From Myxococcales bacterium (GTDB taxonomy: Bacteria; Myxococcota_A; Polyangia; Polyangiales; DASUME01), in contig JASGJH010000001.1 of NCBI GenBank assembly GCA_047601445.1, positions 6,816,001 through 6,880,000 on the forward strand: a stretch of 64,000 bases of DNA, written 5' to 3'. This document shows positions 30,401-40,607 of the stretch, piece after piece; position 1 is the stretch's first letter, and the number at the start of each line of letters is the position of its first letter. A program made the translations under genes and the position numbers. The notes beneath the pieces were generated by a model. It did not search any database. It worked only from the letters and a program-made list of their open reading frames with translations, and was not told the DNA's origin.

Positions 30401-33400
30401 CGCCGTGGCCGCGGCTTCGCCTTGCGCTTGGTGGGGCGCACCGGAGAGTGGCGTCGGCGTGAGTGGCACTGCCGCGCTCGAGTGGCTTCGAACGCCGACG
30501 CTTTCCGCTTGCCCCAACACCTCGGCGATCTGCGCCAGCGTACGCAGGTTGGCGAGCGTGGTGCTGTTCAGGTCGGGCAGGTGAGGGACCCGGCTGCGCA
30601 TGGTGGACAAGATCTCCACGCGCTTGATGGAGTCGATGCCGAGGTCGGCCTCGAGATCCATGTCGAGCTCGATCATCTCGCGCGGATAGCCCGTGCTCTC
30701 CGCCACGATGGTGAGGAAGAGTTCGCCCAGGTCTGCTCGAGCGTGGCGAGTCACCACGATCGAAGGCTCAACAGCAAGTTCGAGCGGAAGCCGGGGTGGG
30801 GGAGCTGCCACCATCGGTGCGGGAGCCGCGCTCCGCGAGGGAGGCGCGACGGTGTCTGCCGCGGGCGCAGCGGTCGATTCTCAAGCCCAGGCTCGCGAAA
30901 GAGCTCTCGACGGCGCGCAAGAAGGCCTGGTGGCTCTCGGCCATGGCCCGCTGGAAGTCCATTTGGGCCGCGATGGTGGGCGCCTGCAGGCGCTGAATGG
31001 CGTCGACCCAGTCGAGTGGCACGGGCGCTGCTGAGAATGTTGACTCGCTGGGCGATCGAGTGGACGGCGCTATCGGAGCTTCGCTCGCTGTGGGCGGCAC
31101 ACTCGACACAGCCATCGCCGGTTCCCCCGACTTGGCTCGGATCGCGGGCACCCTCGTCACCGACGCGCTCGGTAGCGTATTGGTCTCCCGTACGAACACC
31201 CTCGCTCCGACGGCAGGCGGATAGGGTTTGGCGTGGTTGGCGCCGGTCAGCATGATGGTTCCCTTGCCTTTCACGCTCGGCATCTCGGCCAGCTGACGGC
31301 CCTCCCACAGGCCCGCAAAGGTGAGCGGATACCCGTGGGCCGCCAGCTGTCCGAGCGCGCTGTGCCACGCGGTGACGCCATCCTTGCCACGCTGATCGAG
31401 CGCCACGGCCAGGTGGGGTCTACCCATCAAGCAGCGCTGCGTGAGGCGCGTCAGCACGGCGTCGGGCCCGACCTCGATGAACACGCGCGCACCCGCGGCG
31501 TACATGGCCTCGACCTGCTCGACAAAGCGCACGGGTGCGCTCACGGCCGCGGCCAGTTGCGCCCGCAGCTGATCTGGCTCGGCTGGATACTCGGCCGCGC
31601 TGGCGTTGGCGTAACAAGGCACGCTCGGCGTCTGGACCGGAATGCGATCCAAAAATGCCCGGAAAGGCTCGACCGCAGCAGCCACCAGGGGCGAGTGAAA
31701 CGCGGTGGACACCGACAGACGACGCACGCGCAGCCCCGCCGCTTCGAGCGAGCGCTCGGCGCCTTCGATGGCAGCCACGGAGCCCGACAACACGACCTGT
31801 TGCGGGTCGTTGTGATTGGCGAGCACGACCTCCATTCCAAGGACGAGTCGTTCCACCTCCTCGCGCGCGGCGCTGACCGCCGTCATGGCACCCGGTACAT
31901 CGCTCGCATGGGCCATCAGCTCGCCTCGTTGGCGTGCCACGCGCAATCCATCGCCGCGCTCGAGGGCTCCCGAGGCGGTGAGCGCAGTCACTTCACCCAG
32001 GCTGTGGCCGCCCACCATGGCAGGCGCGACGCCCACGCGTTCGAGCAATTGCAGCAGCCCAAGGCTCATGGCGGCGATGGCCGGTTGCGCCCACTGAGTT
32101 GCTGTCAAGGTGCGCTCCTGTTCCGCGCGTGCGGCGTCGCCGCGCGCAGGCTGTGGATACACCACGCTGCCGAGGCTTACCTGCGCGTCGCGGATCTCTT
32201 CGGACGCCCGGTCCCAAACCTCGCGCACGCAGTCGAACTGCATGGACAACTCACGGCCCATGCCCACGTACTGACTGCCTTGTCCCGAGAAAAGCAGGGC
32301 AACCTCGCCTGCCCGCGAGCCCGTGCCGTAGCTGATGCCGCGCGGAGAATGGAAGGGCGTCTCTCCGTTCTTCAGGATCGACTCGGCCGCCAACTGGAGC
32401 TTCTCGCGCGCATCCGCCTCGTCGCTCGCCACCACAGCGACACGCGCGTGCGGGCTCGGCGAGAACGTCAGCTGCTGTTCGCGTGCGAGCCTGGCCAGCG
32501 TGCCTTCACCATGGCAGCGCTCGACCGCATCCCGGCATTGCGCCGCGAGCGCCTCGGGCGTCTCTGCCCCCAATAGGAGCAGCTCTGACGGACTCGTATG
32601 CAAGCGCTCGGGCGTGGACGAAGGTCCGACATACTCCTCGAGAGTCACGTGGAAGTTCGTGCCTCCGAAGCCGAGGGCGCTTACCGAGGCGCGTCTTGGA
32701 TGCCCGCCCGGCTGAACCCAGGGCCGCTGCTCGGTGTTCAGATAGAAGGGGCTCGTCGCGAGCTCGAGCGCGGGATTCTCGGTGGTCACCTTGATGGTGG
32801 CGGGTAGTACGCGGTGGTGTAGGGCCAGTACGGCCTTGATCAGCCCGGCTGCTCCCGCGGCAGCCTTGGTGTGACCAATCTGCGACTTCACTGATCCGAG
32901 CGCGCATGCCTGCGGTTTCGCTCCAGCCGCCGTGAACACCTGGCGCAGCGCTTCGAATTCCGCGGCATCTCCGGCCCGCGTACCCGTTCCATGCGCCTCC
33001 ACCAAGCCCACGGTCTCGGGCCCGTAGCCCGCTCGACGATAGGCTCGCTCGAGTGCCAGCGTCTGCCCGTCCGCCGAAGGCGTATAGATGCTCTTGGCGC
33101 GCCCGTCCGAAGAGGAGCCGATCCCGCGCAATACCGCGTAGATCTTGTCGCCGTCGCGCTCCGCGTCGGCGAGCCGCCGCAGCGCCAGCATGCCGATGCC
33201 CTCACCCAGGATGGTCCCGTCGGCCTCGCCCGAGAACGGACGGCAATCCCCGCTGTGAGAGAGTGCCCCGGTCTGCGCAAAGCACATGTACATGAAGATG
33301 TCGTTGAGCGCGTCCACGCCGCCCGTGATCACGAGATCCGAGTGCCCCAGCGCGAGCTCGTTGACCGCCATCGCCACCGCGGCGAGCGAGCTCGCGCAAG

Positions 33401-34064
33401 CCGCGTCCACCACGGCATTGGTCCCGCCCAGGTCCAACCGATTTGCGATCCGACCCGCCACCACGTTTCCGAGTACGCCCGGGAAGGTGTTCTCCTGCCA
33501 AGGCACGTAGGCAGCGTCCGCGTGCTCGCTGATGCGCAGCACGTCGCTTTCGGCAAGGCCAGCCTCGCGCATGGCTCGCTGCCAGATCGGCTTTTGCAGA
33601 CGACCCGCCATGTGTCCGACCAGCTCCGTCGCCGACGCGACCCCGAGGATCACGCTCACCTTGCTGCGATCGAGCGGCGAACGTCGCGCACCGATGACGT
33701 CGTCCAACAAGCGCTTGGCGACCACCAGCGCCAAGAGCTGCGCCGTATCGGTGGCCGGGACCGTGTTGGGTGGAATGCCGAACTCGATGGGAGAGAAGGG
33801 GATCTCGGGCAGAAAGCCGCCGCGCGTGGAGTAGACCTTGTCGGGGGTACCGGGGCGTGGATCGAAGTAGTCCTCGGGCAACCAGTGAGTGTGCGGTACG
33901 TCCGTGAGCCGGTCCCTGCCCTCCCAGATGTCACGCCAGAACCCGAGCGTGCTGGTGCTGCCCGGGTACATCGCGCCGAGGCCCACGATCGCGATCGGTG
34001 CCATACCCTGCGCCCGCTCTTCGCTAGCTCCGCTTGGATCGTGGATGAGAGCTTCACTGTTCAT
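27461..34064 (-). CDS. pfaA: PUFA synthase-like PfaA/Pfa2 protein (KS-MAT-3xACP-KR-DH), interrupted by a +1 frameshift at ~30881
   Basis: KS DAACASS / EAHGTGT / QIGH; MAT GHSLGE and AFHS; three LGIDSIKRVEIL; KR GGARGVT and GQADYAMAN; DH HRVRGQVVLP. Removing one base at ~30881 joins ORFs 30768..34328 and 27461..30814 into 2200 aa. AAGGA RBS before the ATG at 34064. Confidence 0.88.
29843..30733 (-). repeat. three tandem ACP-domain repeats within pfaA
   Basis: Three near-identical STGYPxEMIxLDxDLEADLGIDSIKRVEILS units separated by Ala/Pro linkers. Confidence 0.9.
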
Positions 34065-34194
34065 GGTGGTCCTTGCGGTACGTTGTGGAATTGCAGCGGC
34101 GCGCACGCGACCCCGCGACAGCCCGCGCGCTTCGACGCTCCCTACCACTCTGTCCATCGCGTGTGCGTTCGGGTAGTCGAACAGAAGAGCAGCC

Positions 34195-34215
34195 TCATCG
34201 TACGAATGGTCTAGT
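34195..34215 (+). promoter_or_regulatory. recurring motif in the divergent pfaA/pfaD intergenic region
   Basis: TCATCGTACGAATGGTCTAGT, 19/21 identical to 47261-47281. Confidence 0.55.
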
Positions 34216-34352
34216 GCCAAAAAGGCCAACGATTCGCGCGTTTTCAGCGACGAATCCGTGGTAGTCAGCACGAGCGTCCCTTCACACGGCGCGGCGACCT
34301 TACTCGCAATCAAAGGCGTGGCCCGCACCCTTGCGAGCTGCGATGGACGGCG

Positions 34353-35976
34353 ATGAACGATCTCTCGAGCCAGTCATGCTGCTACCTGCGACCGCGCGCG
34401 AACCCCGTCGGCCCGGGGGAGGATGCGCTGAGCCAGGCGATCCAGCGGATCCGCGAGCCGTTGTGCGTGGTGCATGATCCCGGCTCGGGCGTCTCCCGCC
34501 TCTCGCCGTGCGGCGAGCTCGTGTCGGCGAGCCAGCGGCGCGCGGGAGATCTGCAGGTGACGGCGATGCTGCCCGCCACGCGACCGGAGTCGCTGGGGGA
34601 CCGCGCCTTCAGGGAGGCACACGGGGTGCGCTTCGCCTACGTGGCGGGCGAGATGGCCAACGGCATCTCGACCACGCGCATGGTGATCGAGATGGCCCGC
34701 GCGGGCATGCTCGGGTTCTTCGGGGCCGGCGGGCTCTCCTATGGTCAGGTGCAGGAGAGCGTCACGGAGATCACGTCCGTGCTGGGTGGGAGCACAGCCT
34801 GGGGGGTCAACCTGATCCACTCGCCCAATGAGCCCGAGCTGGAAGAGCGCGTGGCCGAGCTGCTGATCGCGCAGCGTGTGCCGCGAATTTCAGCTTCGGC
34901 GTTCATGGCGCTGACGCCCTCCGTGGTGCTGTGCTCGGCCGCCGGTCTGCGGCTCGGTCCGAATTACGAGATCATCCGGCCCCGTCACGTGTTCGCGAAG
35001 GTGTCCCGACCCGAGGTGGCGGCGCAGTTCATGTCCCCGGCGCCCCGTGAGCTGCTGCGCTCGCTGGTCGCGCGCGGAAAGCTCACTGAGTCGTGTGCGC
35101 TGCTCGCCGAGCGGATACCGGTGGCAGAGGACGTCACGGTGGAAGCAGACAGCGGAGGGCACACGGACAACCGACCCCTGGTCGCCCTGCTGCCGCTGAT
35201 CTCGGCCCTGCGCGACGAGCTCGTGGCGCGCTTCCGGTATACCCGACGCATCCGCGTCGGCGCTGCGGGTGGACTCGGGACTCCGTGGGCCATCGCCAGC
35301 GCGTTCGCGCTCAACGCCGCCTACGTCGTCACGGGCTCCGTGAACCAGAGCGCCGTTGAAGCGGGCATCTCGCCCTTTGCACGCCAGATGTTGGCCGAAG
35401 CCGGCATCGCGGACGTCGCCATGGCCGCCGCGGCCGACATGTTCGAGCAGGGCGTGCAACTCCAGGTACTCAAGCGGGGCACGTTGTTCGCGGCGCGCGC
35501 GAACTCGCTCTACGCCCTGTACCGCACTTACGAGAGCCTCGAATCCTTGCCGCCCTTGCAGCGCGCAAAGCTCGAGAAAGCCCTGGGCGCGTCGCTCGTG
35601 GAGGTCTGGCGCGAGACCGAAGAGTTCTGGTGGGCCCGCGATCCAGCTCAAATCGAGCGCGCCCGCAGCGATCCCAAGCACAAGATGGCCTTGCTCTTTC
35701 GTTGGTACCTGGGCAAGTCGAGCCGCTGGGCCATCACGGGAGATGCCGCCCGGCGCGCCGACTATCAGATTCTGGTGTGGTCCGGCGATGGGTGCCTTCA
35801 ACGCCTGGGTCAAGGGCTCGTTCCTCGAGCATCCGTCCGAGCGCACCGTGGTCCAGATTGCCCTGAACCTGCTGGAGGGGGCGGCGGTGGTCGCGCGCGC
35901 GCAGCAGGTTCGTTCATTCGGAGTCCAGCTCCCTCCGGAGGCCAGCAAGTTCACGCCACGTCCGCTCAGTCTCTGA
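34353..35976 (+). CDS. pfaD: PfaD-family enoyl reductase, interrupted by a +1 frameshift at ~35771
   Basis: GEMANGI, NLIHSP, FAKVSRPEVA, EADSGGHTD, AADMFE. The conserved DYQIWCGPAMGAFNxW is restored by deleting one T in CAGATTCTGG (35766-35775). Confidence 0.9.
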
Positions 35977-36010
35977 GCCAGAAAAGGACGGGGCTGCCGC
36001 GCTGCGCCGC

Positions 36011-36922
36011 TCACAGCGCCTTCAGCCGCTCCGGCGTGAAATCCTGCAGGTTGATCTCCACGTTCTGATACGCGACCTCCGAGGTCTCGAGCAGTGTCTC
36101 CGACAACACTCGCCCGTCGCGCACGGTGCGCGCCTGAATCTGGAGCGGCGTCCAGATGCCGTCGATCTTGGCGAGCTTGAGCGTCTTGACGTACTTCACT
36201 TTGCGGTCCTCGGACAGCCAGGCCTGCATCTGCAACGGGATGAACTTGTCCTTGCTGATCCAGAGTCGCGTCTTCGCATAGCCCGTTTCTTCGCGCGTGC
36301 GCGCCTCGCGTGGTACCGCGTCGATGACCCAGCAGTCGTCGCCGTCCACTAGCGTGCTCTCCTTGACCATCGTGAGCTCGTAGAGCTTGGGGTCGGGCTT
36401 CGAGAGGTCTGCGTAGCTGAAGTCGGAGCCCATGAACGATCCCGCCATGGCGCTCTTGGCAATACGTGTGGTGCGTCCCAGGCTCACGAGGAAGATCCAC
36501 TGCTCGTCCGAGCGCGCGCCATCTTCGTAGTCGTAGTTGAGGAAGGCCGTGCCTCGTACGTCGCTGGGACTGTCGAAGCGCACGAGGGAGCGCTTGCCTT
36601 CCGAGGTCTCCATGCGCAGCACCGAGGCCGTGCGCACGGTGGTCTCGGCCCCGTCGCTCACGGTGAGCGTCCAGCGGCCGCGTACGCGGTCACCGGTGGG
36701 TCGCGTGTAGGCTTTGTCGAGCACGCTCCGCGCATCGGGCGCTGGCAGCTCGCCCGCGCGGGCATGGGGGAACGACGCCCCCAGGCAGCATGCCAGCACG
36801 CTCGCCCAGAACGCCGGGCGCAGGCCGGAAAGGTACTCGGATTGTTGTCGACGCTGCATCGTCTCTCCTCGCTCTTGCTTCCGCCCTCTCGAGCGCGCGC
36901 GGCGCGTTGCGACTTCACTCAT
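36011..36922 (-). CDS. outer-membrane lipoprotein-sorting (LolA-like) protein
   Basis: RFDSPSDVRGTAFL, DEQWIF, SFMGSDFSYADL, IDGIWTP, FTPERL; ATG at 36922 overlaps the upstream stop (alternative start 36859). Confidence 0.85.
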   Translation of the reverse strand: MSEVATRRARSRGRKQERGETMQRRQQSEYLSGLRPAFWASVLACCLGASFPHARAGELPAPDARSVLDKAYTRPTGDRVRGRWTLTVSDGAETTVRTASVLRMETSEGKRSLVRFDSPSDVRGTAFLNYDYEDGARSDEQWIFLVSLGRTTRIAKSAMAGSFMGSDFSYADLSKPDPKLYELTMVKESTLVDGDDCWVIDAVPREARTREETGYAKTRLWISKDKFIPLQMQAWLSEDRKVKYVKTLKLAKIDGIWTPLQIQARTVRDGRVLSETLLETSEVAYQNVEINLQDFTPERLKAL

Positions 36923-37743
36923 TGCGCCGCGGCCGCCTGTGCGGCAGCGACTTGCTCGCTGAACCAGCCGTCCGTGACCGAATCCAGAATCGACGTGTAC
37001 TCGGCGATGCGTGCACGCAGCGACAGCTGCAGGCGTAGATCGGGGTTCGACGTGTAGAGGTCGATCTGCAACAGGCGTCGTGCCAGGTACACCCGGCCCA
37101 CCTCGGTCAGTACGCGCCGGCGCAGCTCGATGATGCTGTAGACATCGAGCTCGGCGGCGTTGAAGGCGAAGTCGCGCAGATCCCAGAGCAAGCCGACGTT
37201 CGCGCTGCGATCGAACGTATGGTTGGTTTGGTCGGTGTGGAAGTTCTGGGGCAGCTGATCGGAGTTGGAGTTGAAGCCGGTATCCGTGACCTTGCCGCCC
37301 AGCGCGAACACGGGGAAGACGGCCCTTGAGCGCGAGCGGAGTCTGAGGTTGCGCAGGGTCCTCGGCCGGAGCGCCAGGAATTTCTCGGCGTGGGCCAACA
37401 CGGCCTCGGGAGTCGGCTCGCGTGTCAGCAGCCTTCGAAGCTCGGGCGGCATCTCTTCGGCGGGGGCGCCACGATGCCGCGGCTCCGCGCCCAACTCGGC
37501 GGGCTCGTTTTCGGACACGGGCGATGTGGACGCAGGCGATGTCGCGGGCGCTTGCGCACTGGCGGCCTTGGCCACCGCCGCCGGTAGGAGCGCCGGATTG
37601 GGGGCGGGAGCCGAGCCCTGCACCTGCGGCTCCGAGGCTTCCGCCTGTTGGGCGTTCGCGCGCGTGATGAAGATGAGCAGCTGCAACGCCACGCCTAAGG
37701 CGCCGAAGACGATGGCAAGGACGAAGTAATGGTGGGTTCGCAT
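36919..37743 (-). CDS. secreted hypothetical protein, possibly a single-repeat TolC/OEP-like subunit
   Basis: Signal peptide ending ANA, Pro/Ala linker, helix-beta hairpin (AVFP...VGLLWDL)-helix pattern, C-terminal LDSVTDGWF. Confidence 0.55.
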   Translation of the reverse strand: MRTHHYFVLAIVFGALGVALQLLIFITRANAQQAEASEPQVQGSAPAPNPALLPAAVAKAASAQAPATSPASTSPVSENEPAELGAEPRHRGAPAEEMPPELRRLLTREPTPEAVLAHAEKFLALRPRTLRNLRLRSRSRAVFPVFALGGKVTDTGFNSNSDQLPQNFHTDQTNHTFDRSANVGLLWDLRDFAFNAAELDVYSIIELRRRVLTEVGRVYLARRLLQIDLYTSNPDLRLQLSLRARIAEYTSILDSVTDGWFSEQVAAAQAAAAQ

Positions 37744-37762
37744 GGGATGGTTCCTGCATCGA

Positions 37763-39307
37763 TTACGGTGGCGCAGCGGCCAGAGCAGAGCGCACTGCCT
37801 CGAGCACTTGCTTGTGCGCCGCCTGGCGCACGCCGGCACCCTTGGCATCGGTGCACTCCATGGACACGCCGCTCGCGAAGTGCATGCGTTGTGGGAGGGC
37901 GGAGAGCCGCCGGATGCCTTCGCTGGCCATGGATGGGTTCCTGAAGACGTCGTCCAGGGTCCACTCGAGGTAGAAGTCGAACTGCCAGTAGGGACGTCCG
38001 ACCAGCGTGTCGAACCAGGTCGTGCGCGTGCCACTGGCGCCGCCGGCCAGGATGTTCGAATGACCGCGCTCGGAGATGTCGGCGTACTCGAAGATGAACT
38101 GCATCCAGTTGGGGAGGAGCGCCGCTTGGACGGGTCGCGGTTGGTAGGGCGCCTCGGGAACCGGATGGAGTTCGAGCAAGCAGTTGCGCAGGTTGCGCGC
38201 TGCGACGGCGAGGGGCACGGCAGGAGCTGGCTCGAGCAGGTCGAGCCCTTGATCCGTCGCGACGAACACTCCTACGCCGCCGAGCTGGCACGAGATGCGT
38301 GCGGGGTCCGCGAGTTGCGCGAGCGGCAGCCAGCTCCTGCCGTCCCGATGATAGAGCGACACCTGCCCGGACTGGTTCGTCCATGCGTAGTCTTGACGAC
38401 CACCGACGCCGTCCGACGCGCTGCAGGTCTCGGCGCTGAAGCCGTCCACCATGAGTGGTTGTGCGGGCTCGTCGGAGGGGTGGGGTGCACCCGGCTCGGC
38501 GTGATCCGTCGCGTCGACACGCAGCGTCAGCGAAGTCCCCGTCGGGTTTTCGAGCGCGATCTCCAACGCGTCTCCGTGGCGAGAGCAAGAACTTGGTCGA
38601 TAGTTGGACTCCATGAACCCCGAAATGCGGCGCCAGCTCTGCCCTTGCTTGCGCAGCACGAACAGCGTCTCACCATCGCCGACCACCAATCCGCCATTCG
38701 CGCACCCCTCGAGCACGACGCCATGGTCGTAGGCATCCGCGGGCTCCCGGCCGCCGAAGCTCGGCGTGCGGGGCTCCATCAGGCTGCGGTCGCGCAGCAG
38801 GTACTGGAAAATGACGGGTGTCACGCGCTCGCCGTCGTTGGCGAGCTGGTTCCACGGGATCATGTCGGGGGCGGACAGCGACAGGATTCGCGTGAGGAGC
38901 GAGGGGGGCTGGTTGAAGGTCGATAGGATTAGCGTCCACCAGATGTTGACCGGGTAGCGCTGCTTGTCGGGCAGGAGATGGGGCCGCGGGAGCACCGGCA
39001 GCACGATCTCGCGGCGTCCACCCGTGGTGTCGTAATGCACGACCTCGCCCGTGTGATAGACGGCCACCACGCCACCGTCCTCGGAGGCCGCGAGATGCAC
39101 GGGGGCCTGCAGATAGAGGTCGTCCAGACGGATTTGTCGAAACGAGGCCCTCGCCATGCAAGGTGACGGCATAGCGAGCATCACGGTCAGCGCGAGCCAA
39201 CCCATGAATCCGAGCGACGCAGCGAATGGAGCGAGCCCGGTTCCCCGGAGCTCGGAGCACTTCCAGCGCGCCGACCAACACATCATCGCATGGGAGCGTA
39301 GGAACAC
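37763..39307 (-). CDS. secreted hypothetical protein (beta-rich N-terminus, C-terminal segment resembling 36919..37743)
   Basis: Long ORF ending 19 bp before the next gene in the same operon; hydrophobic signal-like segment; AALLP...YLEWTLDD; start uncertain. Confidence 0.6.
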   Translation of the reverse strand: MFLRSHAMMCWSARWKCSELRGTGLAPFAASLGFMGWLALTVMLAMPSPCMARASFRQIRLDDLYLQAPVHLAASEDGGVVAVYHTGEVVHYDTTGGRREIVLPVLPRPHLLPDKQRYPVNIWWTLILSTFNQPPSLLTRILSLSAPDMIPWNQLANDGERVTPVIFQYLLRDRSLMEPRTPSFGGREPADAYDHGVVLEGCANGGLVVGDGETLFVLRKQGQSWRRISGFMESNYRPSSCSRHGDALEIALENPTGTSLTLRVDATDHAEPGAPHPSDEPAQPLMVDGFSAETCSASDGVGGRQDYAWTNQSGQVSLYHRDGRSWLPLAQLADPARISCQLGGVGVFVATDQGLDLLEPAPAVPLAVAARNLRNCLLELHPVPEAPYQPRPVQAALLPNWMQFIFEYADISERGHSNILAGGASGTRTTWFDTLVGRPYWQFDFYLEWTLDDVFRNPSMASEGIRRLSALPQRMHFASGVSMECTDAKGAGVRQAAHKQVLEAVRSALAAAPP

Positions 39308-39491
39308 CGACTTGCGCGCGAAAGATGAACGGAAGGACTAGGCCGCATCCGAGGCGTGAATGCGCGCCGAGCCGAGAGCGGACACCACTTCGCGCTCGAG
39401 GAGCGAGTACCTCGCCCGTCGATACTAGGTCTTCTGGTTCATTGCTGGTGTCGCGCCGCCCTGTTAGCTGGTTGAGCGAAGGAGGTGCGAC

Positions 39492-40595
39492 ATGGAGCGA
39501 CACTTGGACAGCCTCGATAGCCTGATGAGCTGGTCTGTTGACCTGGGATCGTTCTGGATCGGTGAACGAGAGGCGGTGAGCAAGATCGCACCTGACGACG
39601 GGCCGCTCGAGTTCACGCCGCACCCGTTGCTGAAGCACCCTGTGGCCCAGACCCTCGCAGGAGGGGCCTGGTGGTTCGAGCGAGAACTCACCCGGGCTCA
39701 TCACCACGAGGTGGTGCTGCGTGATGGCGACCAGGTCGGCATGTTCGAGGACGTGCCGCTGGCCCAGCACGACCGAGGCGCGAGCGTGGTGGTCTTCCAC
39801 AGCATGGCGAGCTCTGCCTCCGATCCGGTGGTGCGCCACCTCGGCGCGGTGCTCGCGCGGCGAGGCATCCGCTGCTTCCGTGTCAACCATCGAGGGGTCG
39901 GCAGCAGCGTGCGCTCCCACGAGATCTACCACGCAGGTCGCTCCGACGACATCGCGGACGTCGTCAGGGCCGTGGTCCGCCTGCGTCCTGCAAACGAGCG
40001 CATCGCGGTGATCGCGTTCTCTCTGTCTGCCAACATGGTGCTGCGCCACTTGGGCATGGCGGGCACGAGCACGGAGCCGGCCTTTCCGCGTCAGGTGGTT
40101 GGCAGTGTGCTCATCAGTCCCGTGGTCGATCTGCGCGCCGCCACGGTTGCCCTCGTGCAAGGCAGCTACACTGTGGTGGGCCGCCTCTTGTGCAAGCTCG
40201 GTCGCAAGCAGATCGAGCGCCGCCACAACTTGCTGCCCGAGCTCGGCCCGAGCGGGTTGCCGCCGCGCATGAGTCCCTTCGATGTCATGGAATACGTGGC
40301 CCGAAACACCGGCTTCGCCGACATGGAGGACTACTTCGAGCGAGCGACCGCGGAGCCTTGGCTGCCCTTCGTGCGCGCTCCCGTGTTCACGATCTCGGCA
40401 GCAGACGACCCGATGGCCCCTCCCTCTACGCGCTCGTGGCGCGCCAATCCCTGCATCCGCGAGCTCGAGACCGAGCACGGTGGCCACCTTGGCTTCATCG
40501 CGGCGGCGCGGGGCCCGAGCGGCTATCGCCGCTGGCTCGACCACGCGGTGCTGAGGATCATGGAGCGCGACCTGGGCATCAAGCCCCGGAGCTAG
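39492..40595 (+). CDS. alpha/beta hydrolase, YheT-like
   Basis: AQTL, RVNHRG, YHAGRSDD, nucleophile AFSLSAN, AADDP, GGHLGF; GGAGG RBS. Confidence 0.85.
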   Translation: MERHLDSLDSLMSWSVDLGSFWIGEREAVSKIAPDDGPLEFTPHPLLKHPVAQTLAGGAWWFERELTRAHHHEVVLRDGDQVGMFEDVPLAQHDRGASVVVFHSMASSASDPVVRHLGAVLARRGIRCFRVNHRGVGSSVRSHEIYHAGRSDDIADVVRAVVRLRPANERIAVIAFSLSANMVLRHLGMAGTSTEPAFPRQVVGSVLISPVVDLRAATVALVQGSYTVVGRLLCKLGRKQIERRHNLLPELGPSGLPPRMSPFDVMEYVARNTGFADMEDYFERATAEPWLPFVRAPVFTISAADDPMAPPSTRSWRANPCIRELETEHGGHLGFIAAARGPSGYRRWLDHAVLRIMERDLGIKPRS

Positions 40596-40607
40596 TGCGC
40601 TCGAGCC

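Noticed and set aside
29843..30733. Repeated DNA as a CRISPR array or mobile repeat
   Set aside because: The repeats are coding ACP domains; no repeat-spacer array or cas gene was seen in the window.
30875..30890. Programmed ribosomal frameshifting in pfaA or pfaD
   Set aside because: No slippery heptamer or homopolymer at either site; a simple indel is more parsimonious.
36923..37759. N-terminal extension of the 582-aa ORF 36011..37759
   Set aside because: It overlaps the 36919..37743 gene in another frame; the LolA-like protein starts at 36922 or 36859.
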